A stretch of DNA of 64,000 bases from Ignavibacteriota bacterium. Its GTDB lineage: Bacteria; Bacteroidota; Ignavibacteria; Palsa-1295. Below, piece by piece: positions 27,590 to 37,449 of this stretch (positions within the stretch are counted from its first letter, which is position 1; every line of letters begins with the position of its first letter). The position numbers were made by a program, and so were the translations under genes. The notes under the pieces were generated by a model. That model had not been told where the DNA came from. It searched no databases and saw nothing but the letters and a program-made list of their open reading frames with translations. The stretch is from positions 2,706 through 66,705 of the forward strand of contig CAWCCK010000018.1 of NCBI GenBank assembly GCA_963794025.1, read 5' to 3'.

Positions 27590-30500
27590 ATGGCTAACAA
27601 GTTCGTCCAATCCTACCTTCGGGAGATCGAGCAGATTCACGCGCGCGGCAACGCGACCGAGCATAGCTATCGCGGCGCGTTGCAACGGCTGACCGATGCG
27701 CTGAACCCAAAAGTTCGGGCCGTCAATGAGCCAAAACGCGTAAATGTTGGCGCGCCCGATTATATCATTATGGAGGGCGAAACCCCGCTCGGATATATCG
27801 AAGCAAAGGATATTGGCGTTGATTTGGATGGCAAGGATACGCAGAAACAGCTTGCACGCTATGTCGATGGATTGGGGAATGTCATCCTTACCGATTATCT
27901 GGAATTCAGATGGTATGTCAACGATTCAAAAAACTACCGCCATGCCGTAACACTTGCAAAACCAAGCGGTAAAAAACTTATTTCGGAAGATAACGACGAG
28001 AAATTCATCGCGCTCTTTGCACAATTCTTAGGTTCCCCGGCAAGTACCGTCAAGTCCGCGAAAGAGCTTGCACTCCGGATGGCGAAGCTCGCCGATATTA
28101 TTCGCGACATCATTCTGAACGCGATTAACGAGGGTGAAAGCGTGCAGTTGAACGACACCATGAAATCGTTCCGCGAAGTGCTGCTGCACGACATGACCGA
28201 CCATCAGTTCGCCGATATGTACGCGCAAACTATTTCTTATGGCATGTTCGCCGCGCGCGTCAATCACCAACCGCCATCGAACCCCCGCCTTTCCAAGGCG
28301 GGGGCAGGGGGTGGTTTTAATCGCATGACCGCCGGATACGATCTCCCCAAGACGAATCCGTTCCTGCGCCAGCTTTTCAATACCATCGGAGGGCCAGAGC
28401 TGGATGAGCGTGTAACATGGGCTGTTGATGAACTCGCCAATCTGCTGCGACACACCGCGATGGAGGACATCCTACGCGATTTCGGAACCCGAACCCGACA
28501 GGAAGACCCCGTTGTACACTTTTATGAAACATTCCTTGCCGCCTACGATCCCAAACTTCGCGAGTCACGCGGTGTCTATTACACGCCGGAACCCGTCGTG
28601 AGTTATATCGTCCGTTCGGTCGATCATATTCTCAAAACCGATTTCGGATTGGAAAAGGGTTTGGCAGATTCGTCGAAGATTAAAACCCAACCACCCCCCA
28701 ACCCCCGCCTTAGAAAGGCGGGGGAGCCGATTCCCCCGCCTTTTCAAGGCGGGGGCCAGGGGGTGGTTGCCCCCCAGGATCTACACAAAGTCCTCATCCT
28801 CGATCCCGCTTGCGGGACGGGAACCTTCCTGCACGGCGTCATCGACCAAATTCACGATAACTTCAAAGGCAACGAAGGCGCGTGGTCCAGCTACGTCTCC
28901 GAGCATCTCCTGCCGCGCATTTTCGGATTTGAATTGCTCATGGCCCCGTATGCCGTCGCGCATCTCAAGCTTGGGCTGCAGCTAAAGGAATACGGGTACG
29001 ATTTCAAAAGCGACGAACGCCTCCGCGTCTATCTCACCAATACGCTCGAAGAAGCATTCACCGCCGACGAGCGCCTGCCCTTCTCCAATTACCTCGCTAA
29101 AGAAGCCAACGCCGCCAACGAAGTAAAGCGCGATCTCCCAATTATGGTCGTGCTCGGGAACCCGCCGTATTCGGGACACTCAGCAAATGCAAGCTGGAAA
29201 GAAGTTATCAATCCCAAAACCGGCAAAGCAAAAAAAGAAGCGACTTGGATTGGGGAGTTGATCCAGGATTATTATTATGTCGATGGCGCGCCACTCGGAG
29301 AAAAGAATCCCAAATGGCTGCAAGACGATTATGTGAAATTTATCCGCTTCGCTCAATGGCGTATCGAGCAGACCGGCTATGGCGTTCTCGCGTTCATATC
29401 GAATCACGGCTATCTCGATAATCCGACATTCCGCGGAATGCGCCAAAGCCTGATGAAAACCTTCGACGATATTTATGTTCTTGATCTTCATGGGAATAGC
29501 AAGCGAAAAGAGCGATCACCTGATGGCAGCAAAGATGAGAATGTATTCGATATTCAACAAGGAGTGGCAATTGGAATTTTTGTAAAGAAGAAAATTGAAA
29601 AGAAAAAAGATGCCGTTGTGAAGCATGGGCAACTTCATGGAATAAGGGAATCAAAATACAACACGCTTTGGAATAAACAAATTGAGAATTCAAAATGGAA
29701 GAAGCTACAACCTGATTCTCCTTTTTACCTTTTTATTCCACAAGATAAAGGAATTTGGGAAGAATTCGAAAAGGCACAGTCTGTAATAAGTTTCATGAGT
29801 GTTAATGGATGGGGCGTTGCCACAAGAAAGGATTATATTCTTGTTGACTTCAATAAAGTCGATTTGAAAAACAAGTTCGACAAAATTTTGTCTGGTGGAA
29901 TTGATGAAGCCTATGAATTAGGAATCCGAGACAATCCTCATTGGTCATTTAGGAATGTTAAAATCAAGTTGGGCAAATCTGTTGGCGATAGGATTTTAAA
30001 TTACACTTTTAGACCATTCGACAATCGCTTTGTTTTCTATGAGCCTTTAATGATTGAGCGAGGCGATCATAGGTGGCCAATTGCAAGACATTTGGTTCAA
30101 AAAGAGAAGAATTATAGCTTGTTAGTAAGCCGAACTGGGTCTGCGGCCGGATCACCAGTTTGGGATGTATTATTTGTTGCGAATAATTTAAGTGACCTAA
30201 ATTTATTTAGACGAGGAGGCGCATTCATCTTTCCTCTCTATCTCTACCCTGACGCCACCAAAAAAGACCTCTTCTCCGAAGCATCCACACCCGATCCGAC
30301 GCGCCGGGAACCGAATCTTTCGCCCGCCTTCATCGCGGAGTTTTCGGAACGCCTCCACCTAACATTCATTCCGGATGGTAAAGGGAACCTAAAAAAGACG
30401 TTCGGCCCCGAAGATGTTTTTCATTATATGTATGCTGTTTTTCACAGCCCCGCGTACCGCGCGCGTTATGCAGAATTTTTGAAGATCGATTTTCCGCGTT

Positions 30501-30898
30501 TGCCGTTAACGAGTAATCTTGCATTATTCCGCCAACTCTGCAAACTTGGCGAGCAGCTTGTGCAATTGCATTTGATGGAGAAATTCGGCAAGCCGCTCAG
30601 CGGCTTTCGCGGGAAAGGCAGCGATATGGTGGAGTATGTGAAGTATTCCGAGGAAACAGGCCACGTACAGATCAACGAAGATCAATACTTCGAAGGCGTT
30701 CCGGATGCGGTATGGAATTTCCATATCGGCGGCTATCAGGTCGCGCAAAAATGGCTGAAAGACCGCAAGAACCGCACGCTCCAATTCGATGACATCGAGC
30801 ATTATCATCATATCATCTCCGCGCTTTCAGAAACCATGCGATTGATGAAGGAAATAGACGAGGTGATCAGCGAGGCCGGCGGTTTTCCATTAAAATAA
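27590..30898 (+). CDS. Fused type IIG restriction-modification enzyme: N-terminal HsdR_N-like PD-(D/E)xK nuclease, gamma-class N6-adenine methyltransferase and C-terminal target-recognition region. Carries two in-frame palindromic-element insertions.
   Basis: N-terminal PD..EAK (GAPDYIIMEG...GYIEAKDIG...QLARYV). MTase motif I LDPACGTGTFL and motif IV VLGNPPYSG. The start is set at MANKFVQ (27590) because the upstream part of the track ORF is low-complexity and contains a hairpin. The insertions are PSNPRLSKAGAGGGFN and QPPPNPRLRKAGEPIPPPFQGGGQGVV. Confidence 0.6.
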   Translation: MANKFVQSYLREIEQIHARGNATEHSYRGALQRLTDALNPKVRAVNEPKRVNVGAPDYIIMEGETPLGYIEAKDIGVDLDGKDTQKQLARYVDGLGNVILTDYLEFRWYVNDSKNYRHAVTLAKPSGKKLISEDNDEKFIALFAQFLGSPASTVKSAKELALRMAKLADIIRDIILNAINEGESVQLNDTMKSFREVLLHDMTDHQFADMYAQTISYGMFAARVNHQPPSNPRLSKAGAGGGFNRMTAGYDLPKTNPFLRQLFNTIGGPELDERVTWAVDELANLLRHTAMEDILRDFGTRTRQEDPVVHFYETFLAAYDPKLRESRGVYYTPEPVVSYIVRSVDHILKTDFGLEKGLADSSKIKTQPPPNPRLRKAGEPIPPPFQGGGQGVVAPQDLHKVLILDPACGTGTFLHGVIDQIHDNFKGNEGAWSSYVSEHLLPRIFGFELLMAPYAVAHLKLGLQLKEYGYDFKSDERLRVYLTNTLEEAFTADERLPFSNYLAKEANAANEVKRDLPIMVVLGNPPYSGHSANASWKEVINPKTGKAKKEATWIGELIQDYYYVDGAPLGEKNPKWLQDDYVKFIRFAQWRIEQTGYGVLAFISNHGYLDNPTFRGMRQSLMKTFDDIYVLDLHGNSKRKERSPDGSKDENVFDIQQGVAIGIFVKKKIEKKKDAVVKHGQLHGIRESKYNTLWNKQIENSKWKKLQPDSPFYLFIPQDKGIWEEFEKAQSVISFMSVNGWGVATRKDYILVDFNKVDLKNKFDKILSGGIDEAYELGIRDNPHWSFRNVKIKLGKSVGDRILNYTFRPFDNRFVFYEPLMIERGDHRWPIARHLVQKEKNYSLLVSRTGSAAGSPVWDVLFVANNLSDLNLFRRGGAFIFPLYLYPDATKKDLFSEASTPDPTRREPNLSPAFIAEFSERLHLTFIPDGKGNLKKTFGPEDVFHYMYAVFHSPAYRARYAEFLKIDFPRLPLTSNLALFRQLCKLGEQLVQLHLMEKFGKPLSGFRGKGSDMVEYVKYSEETGHVQINEDQYFEGVPDAVWNFHIGGYQVAQKWLKDRKNRTLQFDDIEHYHHIISALSETMRLMKEIDEVISEAGGFPLK
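28270..28318 (+). mobile_element. In-frame GC-rich palindromic element, copy 1 in the RM gene
   Basis: gaaCCCCCGCCtttccaaGGCGGGGGcaGGGGGTGGTTtt. The stem is a perfect 8 bp. Confidence 0.65.
28689..28767 (+). mobile_element. In-frame GC-rich palindromic element, tandem double copy with AACCACC/GGTGGTT outer inverted termini
   Basis: AACCACCCCCCaaCCCCCGCCttagaaaGGCGGGGGagccgattCCCCCGCCttttcaaGGCGGGGGccaGGGGGTGGTT. Confidence 0.7.
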
Positions 30899-30938
30899 AT
30901 AGCGAATCCCTCCGCCACATTCCCCGTATAGCGTTGCA

Positions 30939-32276
30939 ATGACGCTTCAGCCCATTGCCATCAAGCGGTCAATCTTTGGCTTGCTATCGGGGACATTCCG
31001 GTCGCTCCGGCATCGTAACTACCGGCTGTTTTTTATCGGCCAGACGATCTCGCTGATCGGGACGTGGCTGCAAAACACCGCGCTTGCGTGGCTTGTGTGG
31101 TCGCTTACGAAGGACTCGATGATCCTCGGCATCATGAGCTTTCTCGGTTCGATCCCGGTGCTGTTTCTTTCTATTTTTGCGGGAACGTTTGCGGATGAAA
31201 ATCCGAAACGGCGCATTCTCGTTATCACGCAAGCGGCTGCCGGAGTGCAAGCCATTCTTCTCGCCATCGCAATCTGGACGCACTCTGCGACGGTCATCGT
31301 GATCGGCGCGGCAAATTTATTATTGGGAATCGTTACCGCGTTCGATCTGCCGACGCGCCAAGCCTTCGTCGTAGAAATGGCGAGCAAAGAGGATGTGACG
31401 AACGCCGTTGCGCTGAACTCTGCCGTTTTCAATTCTGCGCGTTTAATCGGCCCGGCGTTCGCGGGATATATTATCTACGCACTTTCGATGCAGATGTGTT
31501 TTTTCTTGAATGGGGTCTCATATATCGCCGTCATTATCGGTTTGCTGATGATGCGTTTCGACCGTCCGCAGGTTCCCATTCATTCGCGCGAAGGCTCGCG
31601 CATCGAAGCAATGAAGGAGGGAATTACGTATCTCTATTCTGTCCCGCAGCTTCGTTCCCTCATGTTCCTCGTGCTCGGTATGACGCTGTTTGGCTGGAGC
31701 TACACGGTTAATCTTCCGGTCGTTGCTGGGAATCTATTGCGCGGCGGCGCATCGACCTATAGCGCGCTGCTCTCGGCGAACGGCGCGGGCGCGCTGCTTG
31801 CGGCGCTTTCGCAAGCTGCGCTGGCTGGTCGGCTCGATGCGCGTAAAATGCTGTTCGTCGGTTTGGGAGTTTTTATCGTGGCGTTATTTCTGCTTTCGTT
31901 CGCGCATACGCTTGCGGTTGCCGTGGCGCTGCTCATCTTTATCGGATGGGGCCTCATCACGTTTTTCATTACCGCCAACACCACGCTCCAACGCCGCGCG
32001 CCGGACGAACTTCGCGGGCGCGTGATGAGCATTTACTCGTTCGCGTTCGCGGGATTGTTCCCGTTCGGGAGCTTATTTGCGGGATGGATCGCCTCGCAAT
32101 TCGGCGTAGCAGACGCCTTCCGGCTGAATGCTGCAATGTTGTTATGCTTTGCAGTTCCCGCGTTTCTCTTCATACGAAAGCTGCCGCGCCTCTCTGCTAC
32201 GCGCGCGGTAGCCGTTCAGGAAGTGCTCGAGGGCGAAGAAGAAGTGTTCGAGGCGGAACAGATTTCGCGCGGATAG
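30939..32276 (+). CDS. MFS transporter (EntS/YbdA-like efflux family)
   Basis: 445 aa with 12 predicted TM helices and MFS N-terminal motifs. Confidence 0.65.
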   Translation: MTLQPIAIKRSIFGLLSGTFRSLRHRNYRLFFIGQTISLIGTWLQNTALAWLVWSLTKDSMILGIMSFLGSIPVLFLSIFAGTFADENPKRRILVITQAAAGVQAILLAIAIWTHSATVIVIGAANLLLGIVTAFDLPTRQAFVVEMASKEDVTNAVALNSAVFNSARLIGPAFAGYIIYALSMQMCFFLNGVSYIAVIIGLLMMRFDRPQVPIHSREGSRIEAMKEGITYLYSVPQLRSLMFLVLGMTLFGWSYTVNLPVVAGNLLRGGASTYSALLSANGAGALLAALSQAALAGRLDARKMLFVGLGVFIVALFLLSFAHTLAVAVALLIFIGWGLITFFITANTTLQRRAPDELRGRVMSIYSFAFAGLFPFGSLFAGWIASQFGVADAFRLNAAMLLCFAVPAFLFIRKLPRLSATRAVAVQEVLEGEEEVFEAEQISRG

Positions 32277-32313
32277 GCTTTACAAGAAATATGCTATCGC
32301 CAGTCCATCCGGC

Positions 32314-32730
32314 ATGATCGCTTTCCTGTTCTTAGTTGGGAAGGAATTCAGCTTACCCGAAGGTGTGAGCACGGCTATTATTGGCCTTTTTTTTGGATTG
32401 ATCGGCGGCCTTTTTTATTATCAGCACTATTACAAGCCCTATTTTTGGGGCTTCTCGCTGGTTGGCGGGTTGCTGTTGACGGTCATGTCGCACTCGTTCT
32501 TTCAACGGTGGAACACAACGGACGATGCAAAAGCAATTTGGTTAACCATTGCCACGTTTGGAATTCCGTTCATCCTGACGCTCGCGCTTAATCATGGCCT
32601 GTATTATATCAAGAAGAGCAAACGCAAAAAACGGACGAAACTCCGCGAGCCGAATCGTTTTTTCGATACGACCATTCATCCCGGCGATACAGGACGTTCG
32701 ACAGAAGCAGGGAAGGATCTTACAGGATGA
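32314..32730 (+). CDS. Hypothetical membrane protein
   Basis: 138 aa with four hydrophobic helices and a basic C-terminal tail. Confidence 0.35.
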   Translation: MIAFLFLVGKEFSLPEGVSTAIIGLFFGLIGGLFYYQHYYKPYFWGFSLVGGLLLTVMSHSFFQRWNTTDDAKAIWLTIATFGIPFILTLALNHGLYYIKKSKRKKRTKLREPNRFFDTTIHPGDTGRSTEAGKDLTG

Positions 32731-32999
32731 AATACTTCATTCCTATTTTCATTGCCGTGCTGTGCGTTGGCTGCTCGGTGGCACCTCCGGTGCAGCAGGA
32801 GTATATGATCGTTGCGCCGCACGCGATCGTTTTTTCCACCTCTACACCGGACACGATGACGGTTTCTATCACACATTCCTGTACCTGCCCGTTCTCGTGG
32901 AACGCAACGGTTTCTCCGGCAGCTCCTGGCTTCGTTTCCCGGCCTCGCCGATGGGCGATAAATCGGACATTCCTATTTCTGATCGATCCGCGCTCTTAA
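32727..32999 (+). CDS. Hypothetical small lipoprotein
   Basis: Signal peptide plus Cys lipobox (AVLCVGCS). Start overlaps the preceding ORF (ATGA). Confidence 0.35.
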   Translation: MKYFIPIFIAVLCVGCSVAPPVQQEYMIVAPHAIVFSTSTPDTMTVSITHSCTCPFSWNATVSPAAPGFVSRPRRWAINRTFLFLIDPRS

Positions 33000-33729
33000 C
33001 AGCAGATACCAACCGGGCAACGATTGTGATCGTCTCGAATAGTTACGGCGAGGATTCGATCATCGTTACGGCGATAAAATAAATCCCTTAGTAAGCATTC
33101 CCACACGCGATGCTCGGCTTCCTGCATGAGCGTAGTTCTTCTGCGCGTTTTTCCGAGGTGATTCTGGCGGACACGGCCGAATGTAATCGGTTCTCCAATC
33201 CGGATCTCTGCCGAATATCCCCAGTTCGGGAGCCATTTCTGACGTGGTAGAATTTGATACGAGCCGATAAGCGCAATAGGTACAACAGGTACGCTGGCTT
33301 CCCGCGCTAAATGAAATGCGCCACGTTTGAACGGTTGCATGGTTCCCGAATGGCGTTCTTGTTCCTTCCGGAAAAAAAAGCACGGATGCGCCACGCTCGT
33401 ATGCGTTCGATAGCCTTCCCGATCGTGCGCTGCGCCTTTGCGGGATTGGTGCGATCGAGCACGAGAAATGGCCTGACAAGCAGCGCCCATCCCCAGATCG
33501 GAATGCGTGTTAGGGAACTTCTGAGCGTCAAACGGAGATTATCCGGGACATATCCAAGCAAAATCGGGATGTCCATGTAGCTCGAATGATTTGCGGCATA
33601 CACATAGTTTTGGTCGCGCTGAATATGCTCTGCGCCTTTAATAGTTACACGTATTCCGAAAAAAAAGAGACTGCATTTGCTCCAGATCTTTGCTACCCAA
33701 AGATAGCGTTTTTCCGCTCCGATCCACAA
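32996..33729 (-). pseudogene. plsC: 1-acyl-sn-glycerol-3-phosphate acyltransferase (PlsC family) split over three reading frames
   Basis: Frame a (33307-33729) carries the HxxxxD block (AANHSSYMD). Frame b (33066-33479) carries FFPEGTRTPFG. Frame c (32996-33490) carries PFKRGAFHLA...VPVVPIALIG. The two +1 shifts are ~70 nt apart and flank a T8 run. Confidence 0.55.
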
Positions 33730-34442
33730 GCGCGGCCACCACGGAGACGATAGAAAAAATAATGGTCGTGATTAGAAATAACACCACGCCCAAGAATCGA
33801 GAGTACGATCATTGGAGCATTTCCAATCCCTTCAAGTTCATCGACTTCAGCAATGCGGCGAACTTCATTGATATTATCCGCTCCATCTTCGGTGATCGAA
33901 ATGACATACCGGTTTCCGGGAAAAAGCGTGATCTCTCCATGCGGCTCTTTTTTCTCCATCGATTGCACTGCGCGGTAACCGGCGATGGTGGTCGTTTCCG
34001 TGCGTTCATCGTTGTTATCGTCAAGATAAATTCCCTTAAATTTCTGCCACGGATCGTAAAGGTAAGGAACGTACGCAAAATCATCGATCTGAATCTTTAG
34101 TTTTTTCGTGCCATTCACAAAATTCAACGCGACGCGCGAGCGATTAAAGTTCTCGCGGATCTGAATTTCTTTAAGCGTATCACCCTGCGGCATCCAGCCG
34201 GGCAGCGTGGGAAGGAATAGAGCCAGCCGATCTGGCTCGATGGCTTTTGCCATCGGCGGGAGATTGGAGGTATCGGCTTTCGCTTTTGCAGTATCCTGCG
34301 CGGGCTTCGGCAGCGTGTCAGCCGATGGATGCAGCGAATCCAGCGAAGGTGGAAGCTGCTCGTTGTGGCGGCATCCATCCCATGAAACACAGGAGATTCC
34401 TGCGATCAATAAAAAAAATCCGAAAAACCAAATGCGGTTCAT
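33693..34442 (-). CDS. Hypothetical lipoprotein
   Basis: Signal peptide with lipobox (LLIAGISC). 249 aa, no recognisable domain. Confidence 0.4.
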   Translation of the reverse strand: MNRIWFFGFFLLIAGISCVSWDGCRHNEQLPPSLDSLHPSADTLPKPAQDTAKAKADTSNLPPMAKAIEPDRLALFLPTLPGWMPQGDTLKEIQIRENFNRSRVALNFVNGTKKLKIQIDDFAYVPYLYDPWQKFKGIYLDDNNDERTETTTIAGYRAVQSMEKKEPHGEITLFPGNRYVISITEDGADNINEVRRIAEVDELEGIGNAPMIVLSILGRGVISNHDHYFFYRLRGGRACGSERKNAIFG

Positions 34443-35170
34443 AACCCTGCAAGCTTATTGAAAAAATGCGCCCCGATCCAAAAAAGGAGCATACCGAGAA
34501 ACACCAAGATCGGGCCGCTGCGTCCCCGAAGAAAGGATAAATCGTGATCGCTTCGCCGATTAATTTCTGGAATGAGATCGGCGGCGCCAACATAGACGGC
34601 GCTTCCGGCGCTGAACGCAAAAATAAATCCTATCAGCCGCGCATCGATCGTGACGAACACTTGCACGAAAAGCGCGCCGGCGAGTGTCGCGGCAGGAAGC
34701 AGGAAGTTTGCCATTCGCGCTGCACGGTGGGTGCTGCGCCCGGCCCGCATGACGCTCGCGACGGTCAACCCTTCTGGAACTTTATGAAGCAGCACCGCAA
34801 TGAACACGAGAATTCCTATGCTGGATTTTGCCTCCGTTGCCGCACAGATAGACATGCCATCGAAGAATGCGTGAACCGCCAACCCGCCGATCGCGCCAAA
34901 AACAGAGTGCGATGCCAGCGCGGCCTCATGGTGGATTTCCTCGCCAAAGTGCATGTGGCCTGCGAGAATATGCTCGAAAAAATGCAGCGCACTAAAGCCG
35001 ATCAGCATGGCGAGCAACGCAAGATCGTTCCCGTTCGTGAGCGCAAGGCTTTCGGGAATGAGTTCCAGGAACGCAAGCGCTAATAAAAATCCCGCGCCAA
35101 TGGCAAGCAGCGCGCCTTCAACGGCTTTCGGCCATTCTTTTTTGCGCTGCACGAGCAAACCCCCGCTCAT
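34439..35170 (-). CDS. ZIP family metal (Zn/Fe) transporter (ZupT-like)
   Basis: 243 aa, 8 TM. His-rich motifs HFFEHILAGHMH and HKVPEGLTV match the ZIP signature. Confidence 0.7.
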   Translation of the reverse strand: MSGGLLVQRKKEWPKAVEGALLAIGAGFLLALAFLELIPESLALTNGNDLALLAMLIGFSALHFFEHILAGHMHFGEEIHHEAALASHSVFGAIGGLAVHAFFDGMSICAATEAKSSIGILVFIAVLLHKVPEGLTVASVMRAGRSTHRAARMANFLLPAATLAGALFVQVFVTIDARLIGFIFAFSAGSAVYVGAADLIPEINRRSDHDLSFLRGRSGPILVFLGMLLFWIGAHFFNKLAGL

Positions 35171-35389
35171 TTGAGCAAGCGCAGCTATGAGTGAAAGAGA
35201 AATTCCGAGTATCAGAATTCCCCCAAAAGCAATTGATCCCCGAACAGATAAAAGGTCCAGCTTTTTCTACTCTGCTTTTTCCCGTTCAGGTGAAGGATTT
35301 GCGAAATATGTTTTTGTCCCGAAGGAGTATCTTTCGTTTTAAACACGGTATAGAAATCGCGGCGCGTATCAGGGAAATCATGAAAGAGT

Positions 35390-35689
35390 TTATTTATTCT
35401 CGTGAGGATTCCCGAAACATAAGCACGCTCGGAGGAGTCGCTTGGCGTTCACAGCGCGTAACCATTGCTTGGATGTATCTTTCCACGCAATGAGCGGCGC
35501 GGCGCTATCAATGTTATTCGTTTCGGCGAATCGCTTCAGATCCATGATATGCTGGAATACGACATCCGAAAGCGAATCGCGCGTTACCTGCGATAGCATG
35601 ACAATATCCGTGCGCGGCTTGTTGCCAAGCCCGCCCTGCGCGAACGCGAGGGAGGGGAAAAGAAGGAGTGCAAAAAGAATTTTCTTCAT
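35390..35689 (-). CDS. Hypothetical small secreted protein
   Basis: Signal peptide only. Confidence 0.3.
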   Translation of the reverse strand: MKKILFALLLFPSLAFAQGGLGNKPRTDIVMLSQVTRDSLSDVVFQHIMDLKRFAETNNIDSAAPLIAWKDTSKQWLRAVNAKRLLRACLCFGNPHENK

Positions 35690-35767
35690 AAGTAAATGTG
35701 GAAACGTGTAGCACGAATAGTATGCTCCCGGAGAATTTTGCTGTGTAGCACCCGGAGTGTTCGCAGA

Positions 35768-37285
35768 ATGTTACACGAATACAAACTTACGGTTATTATG
35801 CACACCCATTTTCAAAACTACATCGCCGGCGTATGGCGCGATTCCTCCGATCGTAAAACATTCGAAAATCGCAATCCCGCGAATTGGAACGAAATACTCG
35901 GCACATTTCCGCTTTCGACAAGCGAAGATGTCGATCGAGCGGCGAACGCTGCGCTGGAAGCATTCCGTGTCTGGCGTCTTGTGCCCGCGCCGGAGCGCGG
36001 CGATATTATGCGCCGCGCCGGAGAAATTATGCTTCGCCGAAAAAATGAGATTGCCGAAATTATGACGCGCGAAATGGGCAAATCGCTCACCGAAACGAAA
36101 GGCGATGTGCAGGAAGGCATCGACACCGCGTTCTATTCTGCAAGCGAGGGCCGGCGGCTGTTCGGCATCAACACGCCGAGTGAGTTACGCAACAAATTGA
36201 ATCTTTCGTTCCGAGTTCCCATCGGCGTGTGCGGCCTTATCACGCCATGGAACTTCCCGATGGCGATCCCAACATGGAATCTTTTTCCCGGACTTGTTGC
36301 CGGAAATACGTTCGTCTTCAAACCCGCAGAAGATACGCCGTGGACTGCGAATGTGCTCGTTGAAATTCTCATCGAAGCAGGATTGCCAAGCGGCTGCGTA
36401 AATCTTGTGCATGGTTCCGGCGAAGTTGTTGGCGCTGGGATTACGGAACATCCGCTCATTCGTGCGGTGAGTTTTACAGGTTCGAACGCAACGGGAGCTA
36501 AAGTTGCGCAAAGCTGTGGCATACTAACGAAGCACGTTTGCCTTGAAATGGGAGGTAAGAACGCGCAGATCGTGATGGACGACGCCAATCTCGATCTTGC
36601 CGTCGAAGGCGTGCTTTGGGGTGCGTTCGGCACGACGGGCCAGCGATGCACGGCAACCTCGCGCCTTATTCTTCACGAAAAAATTCATGATGAAATGATC
36701 GAACGGCTCGTGAAGCAAGCATCCAAATTGCGATTAGGAAATGGATTGGATGCTGCAACGGATGTTGGCCCCATCATCAACGAAAAGCAGAGAAAAAATA
36801 TCGAGCGATATATAAAGATTGGAAAAGAAGAAGGGGCAACCTGCATTCTTGGCGGAGAAATTGCGAAAGAAGAGAAGTTGAAAAACGGATGGTTCTTTCA
36901 GCCAACAATTTTTACGAACGTAACGCCAAAAATGCGGATTGCGAAAGAAGAAATTTTTGGCCCGGTGCTTTCGGTGTTGAAATGTTCATCGCTGGAAGAG
37001 GCCATTGAAATAAATAACTCGGTGATCTATGGGCTTTCCTCCAGTATTTACACGCAGGATATTAACCGCGCCATGCAAGCCGCGCGCGACATCGAAGCTG
37101 GTATTACCTATATCAATGCCGCCACAATAGGTGCGGAAGCGCACATGCCGTTTGGTGGAGTAAAGGCAACCGGCAACGGTCACCGCGAAGGCGGATGGGC
37201 GGTCTTCGATTTTTATACGGAGTGGAAATCGGTGTATATCGACTATAGTGGCAAGCTTCAACGTGCGCAAATAGACAATGCTTGA
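35768..37285 (+). CDS. Aldehyde dehydrogenase family protein (ALDH; semialdehyde dehydrogenase-like)
   Basis: Catalytic Glu (LEMGGKN) and Cys (GQRCTATS) motifs and the NAD-binding GSGEVVG block. Confidence 0.8.
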   Translation: MLHEYKLTVIMHTHFQNYIAGVWRDSSDRKTFENRNPANWNEILGTFPLSTSEDVDRAANAALEAFRVWRLVPAPERGDIMRRAGEIMLRRKNEIAEIMTREMGKSLTETKGDVQEGIDTAFYSASEGRRLFGINTPSELRNKLNLSFRVPIGVCGLITPWNFPMAIPTWNLFPGLVAGNTFVFKPAEDTPWTANVLVEILIEAGLPSGCVNLVHGSGEVVGAGITEHPLIRAVSFTGSNATGAKVAQSCGILTKHVCLEMGGKNAQIVMDDANLDLAVEGVLWGAFGTTGQRCTATSRLILHEKIHDEMIERLVKQASKLRLGNGLDAATDVGPIINEKQRKNIERYIKIGKEEGATCILGGEIAKEEKLKNGWFFQPTIFTNVTPKMRIAKEEIFGPVLSVLKCSSLEEAIEINNSVIYGLSSSIYTQDINRAMQAARDIEAGITYINAATIGAEAHMPFGGVKATGNGHREGGWAVFDFYTEWKSVYIDYSGKLQRAQIDNA

Positions 37286-37407
37286 ACCGCGCATGATCGC
37301 TCATCCGGATTACGCTGATGATGCAGATTTTCAGGATGAACTGTCAATCCAAAGAAAGTTGTTGAGGGTCAAATAGTGAGATGTTTTTTAAACAAATCCT
37401 CAAAATC

Positions 37408-37446
37408 GTCCGCGTAATCCATTTTAATCCGCGTAATCCAGGTTCC
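37408..37446 (+). repeat. GCGTAATCCAGGT box, copy 3 (cgtccgcgtaatccattttaatccgcgtaatccaggttcc), 4 nt upstream of the acyl-CoA dehydrogenase start
   Basis: Read directly. Confidence 0.6.
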
Positions 37447-37449
37447 CTT

